From Paraspadella gotoi (lineage: Eukaryota > Animalia > Chaetognatha), in assembly GCA_051294375.1 (NCBI GenBank), contig JBJCIZ010000239.1, positions 3,421,152 to 3,485,151 on the forward strand: DNA of 64,000 bases. Direction: 5' to 3'. Positions 34,845-50,187 of this stretch are shown here, in pieces. The notes under the pieces are model-generated. The model saw nothing but the letters and a program-made list of their open reading frames with translations. It was not told the origin of the DNA and did no database searches. Position 1 is the stretch's first letter; every line of letters starts with the position of its first letter. Both the position numbers and the translations under genes were made by a program.

Positions 34845-35046
34845 CTAAAGTGAATGAAGTTCTTCTGGAGAGCTTCTTCTTCCTCCTCTGCTTCTCCAAG
34901 CTTTTCGTTCTCCAGTCTTCCTCAAGATGCTCGTCAGCGAAGCCGCCTCCGGGAAAGGAAGGCTCGAAGTCGCCCTTCCACCCCACATGTAGCCCTTCTT
35001 GGAAGACTCCGTCGATTGTTTGCTGCTGTGAAGGTGGGATGATATA

Positions 35047-35077
<31 letters not shown>

Positions 35078-35774
35078 TATTATCCCATTGGAATAAATGA
35101 TATCTTATCCCTCTGACTTTGGACATGCTATTTTAATATACACCTACTATAATTCATACAATTGAAACATTCTTTATATATAGTATACCACTTCATTAAT
35201 AGTAAAGCGAGGTGCCTTGGAATAAATAAACTAATAACTAACCTCTTTTCCTCTTTCCTCCTATCCTCTTTCCTCCTAACCTCCTTTCCTCCTAACCTCC
35301 TTTCCTCCTAACTTTTCCTCTTTTCTCCTAACCTCTTTCCTCTTAACCTCTTCTTCTTTCCTCCTAACCTCTTTCTCTTCCCTCCTAACCTCTTTCTCTT
35401 CCTTCTTAACCTCTTTCCTCTTTCCCTCTAACCTCTTCCTCTTTCCTCCTAACCTCTTTCTCCTAACCTCTTTCCTCTTTCCCTCTTATTCTCTTCCTCC
35501 TATTCTCTTTTTCCTCTTTTCTCCTAACCTCTTTTCCTCTTTCCTTCCTAACCTCTTACTCTTCCTCCTAACCTCTTCCTCTTTCCTCCTACCTCTTTCT
35601 TCTTTCTCCTAACCTCTTTCCTCTTTCCTCCTAACCTCCTTCTTTTTTCCTCCTACATCTCTTTCCTCCCTCCTAACCTCTTTCCTCTTTCCTCCTAACC
35701 TCCTTTCCTTCTCCTCCTAACCTCTTTCCTCTTTTCCTCCTAACCTATTTCTCTTTCCTCCCTTCTTCTTCTTA

Positions 35775-35805
<31 letters not shown>

Positions 35806-38800
35806 TTCCCAAACTCTTCCTGCTCTTCCTCTTCTTTTTGTCGTCGTCGTCGTCGTCGTCGTTCTTTTTGCTTTTTCTGTCTCTTTTGTCGTCTTCGTCG
35901 CCGGAAGATTTGATTTTGACGCTGCGACTTCGACTGGAAGAGAGAGAAAGAAAAAAAGGGGTTTTCGTCAAAAGTAATATTGCGTTTATGAAATCAATGT
36001 TTAAGAATAAGTAATTAAAACATGCGTTAACCCAAGCGTTACAGTTACAGAGTTACATAGTTTTCGATAAAATTTTTTTTAGATAATAGTAAATGTTTGC
36101 CGATGATTGTAGCAAACCAACCAACCAACCAATAAACCAACCAACTTACTAACCTACCAACCAAACTAAACTAAAAATAAACTAATAAAATCGAATCCTG
36201 AACGCAAAGACAACAACCAACTAAATCAAACGCACCGCGCAATTTTCAAAAAGCGTCTAATTTCAGTTTATAATTACCGAACTTGATTTTATCATCTGAC
36301 CTTTTTATAAATATTTAATCCAATCACTAACCTTAATTCCTAACTAAATCCTTAATCCTAATCCCGAATTCCAATCCTTAATCCTTAACCGTAATCCGTC
36401 TCCTAATCCTTAATCCTAATCTTCAACCTTAATCCACGATAAAAACTCATTCCTAACCTAATTCCTAACCTCATCTTTGTCCCTTACCCCTCATCTAACA
36501 AAAAAAACAAACTTGATTCTGACTTTAAGCGAGCCCTCTGGAAAAGATGCCCAACCAACCAATAAACCAAAATAATTTACTTACTCAAAAAAAGAAAAAA
36601 AAGAAATAGATATAAATAATTTATGAACTTACGAACAAACCAAAAAAACAAACAAAAGGAAAAAAAAACCAACCAAAAAACAAAATAAATAAAAAATTAA
36701 ACTTGATGAAAACGTTCTTTCATAATAGAGTACAGTTGCAAAAAAAAAAGAAAAATTAATAATTTTTTATATATATTTAATAATACTGGCTTTGTCAAAA
36801 TCCAGGGTTAGTGAACAATCTTTATAACGCTGGGAGATTCCGGAATGTGATGGTTAAATCTATAACTTTTACCAAAGATGACATAAAAACATATGTCAAA
36901 AAAATATATGATAAATTATTAATTTTCTCTTTTCTTTTTTTATCCGCACCATACTCCATTAATAATTGATTAATTAAAAATGGCATTATGAGGTCGAACT
37001 CTTTCATCATCATTAGAGTATTTAATTTAATATCAAGAACGATACAGTAGCGCACATCGGCGACAAAATTAAAACCCAAAACGAATAAAAAATAGAATTG
37101 AGAGGTTAACGCGAACTGTGCACGAGACGACGTGAAACTCACCCTCCCTTCTTTTTGTCGTCCTCGTCTTCGTCTTCGTCATCGTCTTTCTTCTTCTTCT
37201 TCTTCTTCTCCTCCTTCTTCTTCTTGTTCTCCTCCTCTTCTTTCGCTCTCTTCAGTTCCTCTTCGTATTCCATCTCCAACTTTTTCGATTCCTCCTGCAT
37301 CTTTTCCTGAGGATATCGTTGTTGTTGTTGATGTCGTTGTTATGGTTTTGTAATATTGTTGGTTTTTTTTTTAAATGTTATTGATTCGTCATTGTTGGTA
37401 GTTTTTGTAGTTGTCATTGTAAAGGTTGTTGTTTTTAATGTTATAATCGTTACTGTTTTTGTAATTGTTGTTTTTTTTTGCGGTTGCTGTCGTTATTGTT
37501 ATGGTTGTTGTTTTGATGTTGTTATTAGCCATTGTATTAATCCTTTCAGCTTCGTTGAGTTTAGAGATTTAAGCAAAGTTTGAAAATAATTTCATCAACG
37601 ATTTTATTTGTGTACGGACATGTTTCGACTCTTTAATGCTGATGAAGACTCGAAATAAAGAGTCGAAACATGTCCGTACACAAATAAAATCGTTGATGAA
37701 ATTATTTTCAAACTTTGCTTAGATGTTGTTATTTAAATTGTTTTTGTAATAGTGGTTTTCGTATTAGTTGTTTTTTGTGGTTGCTGTGGTCAATCGTCAT
37801 CATCATTGTTGTTGTAGTCGGACATTGCTTGGTCAGTCACGTAGCTGGATCGAGATCGAGATACAGTCTACAAAAATCATCAATCGCTGACCTTGACTCA
37901 TTAAGTATGTTATTTTTTAATTTATCTAATTGGTTACAATGAAACCGATCGAAAAAAATAGTCGGACGATCGGGACGAACGAACCGACCGACCGGGACGG
38001 GAACGGACAGAATTTGTGAATACCTTCGCTTCCTTTCCTTCTGCCTCCTATTTTTCTCTTCAGACGGATGGACCGACCGGGGACTGGGAACGGACAGAAT
38101 TGTGTGAATACCTTCCTTCCTTTCCTTCTGCCTCCTATTTTTCTCTTCAGAAACGGAATTGGACGGATGAACCCCCGGAACCCGGGACGGGAACGACAGA
38201 ATTGTGAAATACCTTCGCTTCCTTCTTCTGCCTCCTATTTTTCTCTTCAGACGGATGGACGGAGGACGACGGGACGGGAACGGGACAGAATTTGGAATAC
38301 CTTGGTTCTCTTCTCTTCTTCTTCCTTCTCTGCCTCCTATTTTTCTCTTCAACGTACGGACATGGACGGACTGACCGGGATGGGAACGGACAGAATTTGT
38401 GAATACCTTGAGGGATTTCTCTCTCCTTCCTTTGCTTCCTTTTCTCTGCTCCTATTTTTTCTCCTTCCAACGTACGACGTATGGACGGACCGACGGGACG
38501 GGAACGGACAGAATTTGTGAATACCTTGAGGATTTCCTCTTCTCCTTCTTTCGCTTCCTTTCCTTCCGCCTCCTTTTTTTTCTCTTCCGACAGTTGGACG
38601 GATGGACAGATGGACGGATGGACGGACGGATGGATGGATGGACGGACGGACCGACCGACCGGGACAGGAACGGACAGAATTTGTGAATACCTTGAGGGAT
38701 TTCTCTTCTCCTTCCTTCGCTTCCTTTCCTTCTGCCTCCTTTTTTTTCTCTTCTTCCTTCTTCTCTTCCTTCTTCGCGATCAAATCTTTGATCTCCGCCT

Positions 38801-41800
38801 TTGTCTCTTCAGCCTTCGCCTTCTCCTCCGCCTCCAGGATTTTTCTGCGCGGAAAGGGGAAAAAAAAAGAATCGGGTTTGAGCAGATTTAATAAATCAAT
38901 CCAATCCTATCAAAGCTTCTCAATCAATCCAATCTATCAAACCAATTTAATAAAGGTGAATAAGGTGCTAAGTGGGCTGAAGACTACTATCCGTAACTTC
39001 TATGCCCCTTCAGCAGCCATGGAACGGGTCCTGGGCTTGGAACCAGGCTTGAGGGTTTTCCACATCCCCAAGGCGGTTCACGGCCGCCCTCACGCTTCCC
39101 GCAGGGGAGGTACCACTTAGGGATTGAACCCGATACCTAGTGGTCATGAGCTGATGGCTTTATTCAATGACCCACCGGGTCATGACCGAAGGTTTCATAC
39201 TTACAGGTGGGGTGAACTTATGCAATGCCCGACAACAAAATAAATGAATAAATCAATCAATCAAGCAATCAATCCAATCAATCAATCAAGCTATCAATCA
39301 ATCGAGCTATCAATCCTTTCAAACCAATCAATTAATCCAATCAATCAATCCTATCAATCCAATTAATCCAATTAATCCAATCAATCAACCCTAAATCAAA
39401 TCCAAAAATCCAAAAATCCAAAAAATCACCGCTGTTCGTCCATCTTCTCCCTCTGCTTCGCCCTCAACTCCTTCTCCACCTCCCTCATCCTCGCGTCCTC
39501 CTCGTCCACCTTCCTCTTCCACTCCTCCTTCCGCTCCTTCCTCTGCGTCTCCAAGTCTCTCGTCGGATCGTAGGGCCGCTCCATGAAGGCCCGCTCCTGC
39601 TCCTCCCGGGTCAGCTCGGTGCCCGTCAGGCCGGCCGCCTTGGCCTGTTCGGCCTGGAGAGAGAGAGAGAGAGATATATAAAAAAAAAGAGAGAGAGAGA
39701 GAGAGAGGGGGGGGAAGGTTCATATTTAGAGACGGTCCGGCGTTTTTATTGGCGCCGCGAGTACTCGCGGAGCAACTCTATTAGTCGATTTTCGTTTTCG
39801 GTCGGTCGGTCCATCCCTCTTACGTTAAAAATGCATTCATTCCTTCGTTTATTCGTTCGTTTGTACGTTCGTACGTTCATATGTTCGTTCATTTCTTTTT
39901 TTTATTTCTAATTCACTACTTCCCCGCCCCCCCCCAACGCGCCTTCAAGAGGTTAGCCAGATCCTCTTCCTGCTCGATAAGCAGCTGCGTCTTCTCCAGA
40001 TCGTGGAGGATGTCGAACATCTCCTTCTTCTTCCTCCGGCTGCTCGTCCGCGCGACTCCGGGCGGCATCTTGAAGAGAGGCAGCTGATCGTAGGTCAGGG
40101 TGCGGCCCTTGTACTCGCCTTGGGGGATAGGAAAATAATGTCGGAGAGAAAGAGAGAAGATAGATAGATAGATAGACGTATACAGACAGGCCACTCAGAC
40201 AAACGGACGGAGGGACGGACCCGTTGCCGTTGTTTGGTCGGTCACGTCCTCGTAACCTTCTTCCCTGGTCACGTCGTACCAAAACCTAATCATGTCTTCG
40301 TAGTACTTCTTCAATGAGTTTCTTTCGCGGAAAAGAGTTTGACTCGGAATCTGTTCCATGCTGCGAACCTTAAAACGGGGGGGAGGGCCTGTAGACTACC
40401 GTCCGTATCTTCTGTGCCCCCTCGGCAGCAACGGAAAAAAGTCCTGGGATTGGAACCATTCTTGCGGGTTTTTTCAGGGGCCCCCAAGCCTGGGCGAGCC
40501 GGTTTACGGGCCGTCCTCCACGTAGGGTTATACCATTGGGGATCGATCCGGGTCCCTAAAGGTCATGAGCCACCGGGGTCCCGACTGAAAGCGTCGTGTT
40601 TATAGGCGGGCTGAACCTATGCAATGCCAAACTACGAATAGCAGAACATTTAACCTCTTTCTTCTTTCGCTTTTCTTTGGGCAGGAACGCGGGCTTCAGC
40701 TCCTGTTGAGATTTGTAAAAATCCTTCCGACGTGCCTCGTTGTAATCCTGGACGATACGTAATTTATACACTCGTCAATGATTTTACAAACGATTTTACA
40801 AACAAGAAAGTTATAATCAGTATTTTACGCCGTCGAAAGATTCTCCTTCAAAAAAACCTTTTTTTTATATCTTAATGTTATTCTACGAGTTTCAATGCGG
40901 CGAGAGAATGTTTAAAATCCACCATCTATTTCCAAATATAACTTATTCCGACAGCAGAAAGTCATATTACCTCGCTAACAACTTAGCCCGATTATATTTA
41001 AATTTGAAATTTAAAAGAGAGAAGAAAACAAAAAAATATTGTTGAGATTTAATCCCATTAGTTTCATCGAAATTACCACGTTCGAATTATCTCTCTCTGA
41101 CAAGACGGACGACGAACTTACTCCACGACGGCAGATCCCCCCCCCAGCCGCTTCCAAAAAACCCTTACCTTCGTATAAGTCTTAAGACGCTTGACCGTCC
41201 CGCGCGGAACAGCCATCGCTTCCAACTGTTTCTTAGAGTAAACGAGGTTTCCGAACTCGTCGTACTTAGCGTCGGGGTCACGACGCTGAGCGCGATATCT
41301 GGCGGCGGAGTTGGGAGATAGGAAGTTGTATTTATTTATTCATTTATATATTATTTTTTTAATCATTTGTTCTATTTATTCATTTTTTGAGTTATTTATT
41401 CGTTAGTAATAATATAATGTCTATAAATTACATTACGTTGGTTGGAAATTGAGAGACAATGAGATGGCAAAAAACGATTTAATGAAAATATTTCTCTTCC
41501 CTCCCTCCTCTCATTTTTCCTTCCTCTTCTCTCTCCCTCCCTCTCCCTCCCTCTCTCTCTCTCTCTCCCTCTTCTTCCTTCACCTCGGAAACCAAAAGTT
41601 GGGAAAGAATTCCTTCAAGTCGAAATCCAGTTTTCCCTTCTTCCTCCAAATATCCTTGACTTCCGCGACCGATTTGAGGCGCGCCTTCGGACGCAGCTCG
41701 CTCTTCGACTTCCCGAAGAAGGGCTGTCGACGAGGGTGGGGCTTCTTCTCCTCCACTTCCTCCTCGTAAAAGTCGGCGTAGTCTCGGAGGAGCTTTTCCA

Positions 41801-42471
41801 GTTCGGCGCGGTCGGCCTTGGATTTTGATTTAGATTTTGATTTTGAATTGATTTTGATTAGATTTGATTTTGATTTGATTTTGATTTTGATTTTGATTTT
41901 GATTTTGATTNNNNNNNNNNNNNNNNNNNNNNNNNNNNNNNNNNNNNNNNNNNNNNNNNNNNNNNNNNNNNNNNNNNNNNNNNNNNNNNNNNNNNNNNNN
42001 NNNNNNNNNNNNNNNNNNNNNNNNNNNNNNNNNNNNNNNNNNNNNNNNNNNNNNNNNNNNNNNNNNNNNNNNNNNNNNNNNNNNNNNNNNNNNNNNNNNN
42101 NNNNNNNNNNNNNNNNNNNNNNNNNNNNNNNNNNNNNNNNNNNNNNNNNNNNNNNNNNNNNNNNNNNNNNNNNNNNNNNNNNNNNNNNNNNNNNNNNNNN
42201 NNNNNNNNNNNNNNNNNNNNNNNNNNNNNNNNNNNNNNNNNNNNNNNNNNNNNNNNNNNNNNNNNNNNNNNNNNNNNNNNNCGCCAGATCCTCCTCCTTC
42301 CAAACGTTCTTCGCCCACCAGACTTGCTTGTAAGACTCGGGCGGGTCCCAGTTGGGGTCGTTCTCCCAGGGCGGGGTCATGTTCTGTGAGAAACCCGGAG
42401 GGTGGAAGTGGGGGGGGGAGGGAGAAAGATAGTCGGAAACTCCCGTCAATAAATCAATCGTTCGGGCGAAA

Positions 42472-42502
<31 letters not shown>

Positions 42503-43445
42503 AGTCTTTTCTTATTTGAGTCGCCGCACTTTTTGATCAATCAATCAATCGTGACAAGTAGATAACGCGATCCGAATTAATCGATCGCTCGGTTTAATCA
42601 TCAATCCGTGAATGATCGAATGAACGAATGTACCACCTAATGAGTGAATAAATGAATGAATCTAAATGATGAATGATTGAAAAAAGGTTATTTAATCGAT
42701 CGCTTCGTCAGTCCGTCCGTCCGTCTTACCCTGATCCGTCTCTCCCTCTCTCTCCTGATGCTTCGGATGACCTCCAACGCCCTCTGATCGTGAGGTTGTT
42801 CGATCGAGTCTAACTTGTCCACGGGATATCTGAGGGTGATGACTAAATTGTGATTTCAATCTTAAGAAATTTAAATTGCAGTTAATTATTGTGTGTGTGN
42901 NNNNNNNNNNNNNNNNNNNNNNNNNNNNNNNNNNNNNNNNNNNNNNNNNNNNNNNNNNNNNNNNNNNNNNNNNNNNNNNNNNNNNNNNNNNNNNNNNNNN
43001 NNNNNNNNNNNNNNNNNNNNNNNNNNNNNNNNNNNNNNNNNNNNNNNNNNNNNNNNNNNNNNNNNNNNNNNNNNNNNNNNNNNNNNNNNNNNNNNNNNNN
43101 NNNNNNNNNNNNNNNNNNNNNNNNNNNNNNNNNNNNNNNNNNNNNNNNNNNNNNNNNNNNNCCCTCGTTATCATCGCCCCTGGAATGATATTGATCCCCG
43201 GCATATTTTCGTTCATCCACGCGATCGCAGCGCCGCTCAACGGGCCGCCGTAGTTTCTAAACCAAACATAAAATCTACAGTAAGATCATTCAATGTTAAA
43301 TGTTAAATTAAGAAGCCGAATGCAGCGTCGTTCCACCACCTCCTGCCGCTCTGCGTACAGCTCCTACAGCTCCTACAGCTAAGCCTGCTGCCGCTTCTCC
43401 TTCCTCCATTTTCTTCCCTTCCACTCGACTCAGAAAATTAATTGA

Positions 43446-43536
<91 letters not shown>

Positions 43537-45884
43537 TATTTTAAGATAAGCACTAGGCGACTCAAAAGACGAAGATAACAACAACAACTCAAACAAAGAC
43601 GAAAAAAGACAAAGACAATGACACCAAAGGCGTCGACAAAGAACAGGGACTTGACAAAAGTGGTGACACACCTGAATCCCCGACTGTCGAGCACGTAGCA
43701 TCTCGACTGCCAAGGCTTCATGTTCTGCATCCAATCGGGTTCCACGAGTTCGTGGCGCTGGAGCTTGTCCAGCTCCTTGTACGGCTGGAAAAGAGATATA
43801 TAAAGAGAAAAGAATGAACGAATGAAAAAAGAAAAAAAAATCAAGCATTCACTTGTTTAAAGGAAATGAACGAATAACTAACGAAAATGAATGAAATTTA
43901 ATCGATCGAACGACCTCGGGCTTCTGCCAGGGCATCGCCGACTCCGTGGGCCGGTCTTCGTCCTCGACCTTCTCCGGTTTAGGGGATCTGCGGATCGGAC
44001 CCGCGATGGGGGGCTTGCCGGTCATCGGTCGTTCCTGGGGAAGAGAGAGGGGAGGGAAGAGGGAAAGAGGAAAGGGAGAGAGAAGGAGGAGAAATATAGA
44101 GGGGCTGAGAGGAGAGACAGAGGTAGTATAGGAGAGGGGAGAGGGGAGGGGAAGAGAGGGGAGAGAGGGAGGAAGTTAAAGAGGGAGATAGAAGAGGGCA
44201 GAGGGAAAGAGGGGAGAGGGAGAGAGTAAAAAAGGGAGAGAGTGCGAGAGGGAAATACGCAGGCCTCGTTTTCCTTTTTTTATGTTTTTTTGGTAATTTT
44301 TTGTGAAAAAAAAACATTTTTTCGACAAAAATAAAAAAAAAAAAAAAAAACGAAAGAAAAACTCAGCCAACCCAAACTTTAAACACAGCCCCAAACCACA
44401 GAGCCTAAAGCCCAAAACATATTCACACACACTCTCTCCCTTCACAGCCCAAATCCCTCACGTGAAGGACTACGGGCAGATCGCTGATCATGTCCGAAAT
44501 AACGACGGGCGGCGGCCGAGCGTAATAAGCGGCGGCGACCGGAACTCCGGCCAGAGTCGCGCTGGAACCAGCAACGGAAAGGCGGTTACTCGCGATACTG
44601 GGGTGATGGGCGACGCCAGGGGGCTTGGGGGCAACGCCGGGAACTGCGGCGCCGGGAGCTGGAGCAACGCCGGGAACTGCGGCGCCGGGAGCTGGAGCAA
44701 CGCCGGGAACTGCGGCGCCGGGAGCTGGAGCAACGCCGGGTTGTCCGGGAACTGCTACGCCGCCGGGGGTCGGGAAAGGCGCCGGCGCGCCGGGAACGGC
44801 GCCCGGAACGGCTCCTGCTTGCGGAGTCCCCGGTGGCGCGCCAGGCACGGTTGTAGTGGAGGGCAGAGAGCCAGGCGTTCCAGCTGGGGGCGGACCGGCG
44901 CCGGGAAACGCCGCCGCCGAGACGGGTTTTCCCGGCGTCGCGCCGGGTGGAGGCGGAGGCGGCGGCGGAAGCGGCGGCGCCCCAGGCATAAAGAGCGTTT
45001 GATACAGATCCCCAGGCCCTTGTGGCGGCGGCGGCGGAGGGGGTGGCTGCTGTTGTTGCTGTAACAGCAACTGCTGCTGCACATGGACGGGCTGGTGCGT
45101 CTGTCCTTCCATGTTCGACGAGAGGATTGGGTTATTGTGTCGATGATACGAGCTGCCATCCGAAGGCGTCGAGGCGGCCGACGGCATCTGCGACGGCATC
45201 TGGGAAGACATCTGCGACGGCATCTGCGACGGCATCTGCGACGGCATCTGCGACGGCATCTGCGACGGCATTTGCTGCATTTGTGACGTCTGCTGCATCT
45301 GTAGCATAGAAGAATAATCCTGCTGCGGCATATGTTGCATCGGTTGCGAAGGATTCATCCCCGGCTGCTGCATCGGATAATTCTGTTGCGTCTGCTGCAT
45401 CGATTGCATGTACTGCATTTGCTGCATGTCCATCGGCTGCGTTTGTTGCATGTACTGCATAGAATTTGGCTGCATCTGCTGCGTCTGCATGGCCTGCATC
45501 TGCTGCATTTGCATGGGCTGCATCTGCTGCGTCTGCATGGGCTGCATCTGCTGCGACTGCATGGGCTGCATCTGCATGGGCTGCATCTGCTGCGATGGAT
45601 CGTAGTTGAAGGAACGCTCGAGAGATGTCGTCGTCGTCGTCGTCGCTTCTTTCGTCGTCGTCGTCGCTTCTTTCGTCGACGTCTCGAGATTTTTTCTCTT
45701 CCTCTTCTCTTCTCCCGTCGTCGTGGTCGTCGTCGTCGTCGTTGTGGACGATCCGTTGGAATCATCGACGTCGTCGACGTCGTCGGGATCCTCGACGAAA
45801 ATCCTCGCAGGGCCTCCGGAGGCGTTCCTCGATCCGGTCGCTGATTTGGAGGCGGTGCCGAAGACGAAGGCGTTGGCGTTCACT

Positions 45885-45915
<31 letters not shown>

Positions 45916-45976
45916 TATCCTTCTTTTCGTCGTCGTCGTCGTTTTTGTTGTTTTCGTCTTCGGAGAACAAAATCAA
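34845..45976 (-). CDS. Large uncharacterised protein: Gln/Pro-rich repetitive N-terminus, globular-looking middle, Lys/Glu/Asp-rich C-terminus
   Basis: At least 14 phase-consistent exons, including to-44462, 44034-43915, 43784-43672, about 42829-42730, 42383-gap, about 41817-41584, about 41298-41169, about 40747-40655, 40368-40221, about 40118-39943, 39653-39430, about 38844-38691, about 37306-37143, about 35932-35745 and about 35015-34845. Repeats MQPMQxQQ, SQMP and GVAPAPGAAVP. Start codon uncertain. Confidence 0.75.
35243..35762 (-). repeat. Minisatellite (about 20-23 nt units) built from an exon end plus 5' splice site
   Basis: Minus-strand unit GAGGAAAGAGGAAAGAG|GTTAG repeated many times directly after the exon ending AAT AG|gttagg. 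Confidence 0.8.
37636..37677 (+). ncRNA. Minimal type I hammerhead ribozyme (Penelope pLTR type) inside a 66-bp-arm inverted repeat 37570-37721
   Basis: ATG-CTGATGA-A-GACTC gaaataaa GAGTC-GAAA-C ATG-TC-CGT, then AAATAAAATCGTTG as in the 3462 copy. Confidence 0.8.
37985..38745 (-). repeat. Tandem array of 7 units (about 90-165 bp), each containing the exon 3' end and donor site
   Basis: GAGGCAGAAGGAAAGGAAGCGAAG...AAG|GTATTCACAAATTCTGTCCGTTCCCGTCCCGG repeated. Confidence 0.85.
38956..39232 (-). mobile_element. Repeat family B copy (best preserved); twister-like body 39102-39024
   Basis: GCGGG aa GcGT GA GGG cggccg TGA ACC GC c TTGGGG..CCTCAA G CCTGG T TCC AAGC CCAGG a CCCGT, after a tRNA-like head with GGTTCAATCC. 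Confidence 0.8.
39745..39835 (+). mobile_element. HINE-like family C 5' fragment
   Basis: GCGCCGCGAGTACTCGCGGAGCAACTCTA...CGGTCGGTCGGTCC...TTACGTTAAAAATG. Confidence 0.7.
40385..40632 (-). mobile_element. Repeat family B copy filling most of a 286-nt intron
   Basis: Minus strand GGCATTGCATAGGTTCAGCCCGCCTATAA...GA GGA cggcccg TAA ACC...TGGTTCCAATCCCAGGA. Confidence 0.75.
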
Positions 45977-45979
45977 GTC

Positions 45980-46022
<43 letters not shown>

Positions 46023-46084
46023 CTTCCATGGATTCGAGATTTTTTTAAGGAAGGAAGACGACTGTGTATAAAAGGGATGGGTTA

Positions 46085-46395
46085 AATTGTTTAATTGATT
46101 GATTGATTGATTGATTGAATGATTTATTGTTTGATTTATTGAATGATTGAATGATTAAATGATGTTTTATTGATTGATTGATTGTTTGAATGATTGTTTG
46201 ATTGAATAATTGATTTATTGATTGATTTATTGTTTGAATAATTGATTGATTGAATGATTGTTTGATTGATTGTTCGAATGATTGTTTGATTGAATGATTG
46301 ATTGTTTGAATTATTGATTGATGGATTGATTTATTGATTGATCGAATTATTGATTGATTTATTGATTGATTGAATGATTGATGGATTGATTGATT
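46085..46395. repeat. Degenerate (TTGA)n microsatellite
   Basis: Direct reading of the sequence. Confidence 0.85.
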
Positions 46396-46838
46396 GAGGG
46401 AAGGATGGCCAACCGTATCGTTTCCTCCGATTCGGATTCTGTTTCCCAATCCGACGAATTTACGAGGTCAATTTCGGAAAACATTTGTTTTTTAATTGGA
46501 AGATTTTATTGAATTGGTTCAGTTCGATTGCTCATTAGTGGTGACAATCTTGTTTACTTGGTAAGACCCGTTGGGTTTTCTATCAATGAAAAGTTTACAA
46601 CTTTTCCATTGGGAAAATCTAATCACGTCGATGCTCTTTTGGTTTTTTTCTGCAATTGATTATAAAGGAGAACGAAGCGTCCTCTGCTTCAAGAATTGAA
46701 AAAAAGAGCATCGCCAAAAATAAAAAAAGATATCAGCTGGCTTTTTTGAATCTCTGTTAAATATTTATAGTCTTCTTTTAATTATTTCCAAAAATACTTA
46801 GAAGTATTTGTAACAAGAGGAAGAAGGAGAGTAGAGAG

Positions 46839-46913
<75 letters not shown>

Positions 46914-46999
46914 GTCATTTACCGTAACAAACCAAAAACTTTTTTTTTGGTCAGTAAATTTTACGATTGACATGAAAATCTTCATCTCAACCCCGGGAA

Positions 47000-47074
<75 letters not shown>

Positions 47075-47339
47075 CTTTGGTTTCCAATTTCTTGACGTCC
47101 TTCAGCTTTCGTTCCTCTCCTTTCGAAGAGAAAATTAAAAAATAAAAAAAACACAAAACAATCAGCCAAGTGAAGTTGGATTAAATGCAAAACATACAGA
47201 AGATGCAAAGCTTACATATTGAAATTATGACATAAGCCGGTAGAAGGTATCAATAAAACAAATAAATAAGTAAAAGACTAAATTTAAAAGTATTTTTAAA
47301 AAAAAAAATAAAAATTAATGTTGCAAACGAAACAAGGAG

Positions 47340-48910
<1,571 letters not shown>

Positions 48911-49454
48911 AAAACTCAGATATTTCGTTTTTGTCGGCGGAATTCGTGACGGGAGAAAATCTCCAAAAATGAAAGAGAAGGAAATTTTCTGGTCGCGGAA
49001 AAGCGCGACTAATTGGAAAGCTTTTTGGTCTGTCGGTCTTCTTTTAGTCTATAAATAGTATTATATGAAAAATAAGTTTAGGAAGAAAAAAGTAATGAGA
49101 ATGGGACAAAAATGGAAGAGAAAGAGAGAAACTTACAACATGTAACGATTTAAACAATATTGTTTTATATATATATATATATATATATTTAAAATTATAT
49201 ATTCTAAATTTTATACACACCTTTTTGAATAATTTGTTATTGATAAATAAAGAAATAAATTAAAAAAAAAAATTAATTGATTAATAAATGAATTATAAGA
49301 TCGCGAAAGATTTGAACGCTGGATTCCCCCGAGCTTCTTATTTTTCTTTTCGCCGCGTAAGTTATTTTTCAGATTTTGTCGTGTTTGTCATATATTGACG
49401 ACGCAGGGGTTCCGGGGGGGGTCGTGTTCTCGGTTCGTTCGTTCATTCATTTGT

Positions 49455-49845
49455 TCGTTCGTTCCTTCGTTCGTCCCTTCGTCCCTTCGCTGGGCCACTC
49501 ACTCCGTTTTTGACCCTAACGTGTTTTTTTTTTTTGCCATCGACGAACGCAAAAAGTCATTACGTCACAATTGACGTCAACGACAACGACAACAACAAAA
49601 AAAAAGAGAACTTAAAAGACTTTCTCCTTTTCTTCCCTTTCTCGTTCCGTTGAGAATTCAAGCGCGTGACGTTGCGAAGGAACCTTCGTTCCTCGCGATT
49701 CGCCGCTTTCCCCATCGTCTCCGTCGAAATCTCAGCGGCGCTTTTAAATTGTCGTTATTAACGTCGGTGTCGTCATAATTGTCAGTTGTTTTTTTTTTCG
49801 GTTGTAGATTAATAAAAACCGAAAACTGAATAAAAGAAAGAAAAC

Positions 49846-49906
<61 letters not shown>

Positions 49907-49955
49907 AATGACGACGACGACGAGGACCGATATATTGACGCACGAAATTGATTGC

Positions 49956-50005
<50 letters not shown>

Positions 50006-50155
50006 TCTCTCTCTCTCTCTCTCTCNNNNNNNNNNNNNNNNNNNNNNNNNTTTTGGAAATAGTGGCGCCCTGGGGGGAGGGAGAGGGGGGGGGTATAGTT
50101 TGGCTTGCTTTCTTTCTTTCTTTCTATCTTTCTTCTTTCTGTTCTTTCTTTCTTT

Positions 50156-50187
<32 letters not shown>

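Noticed and set aside
40369-40654. Family B element as creator of this intron
   Set aside because: About 15-20 nt of non-element sequence on each side carries the splice sites, so it is an insertion into a pre-existing short intron.
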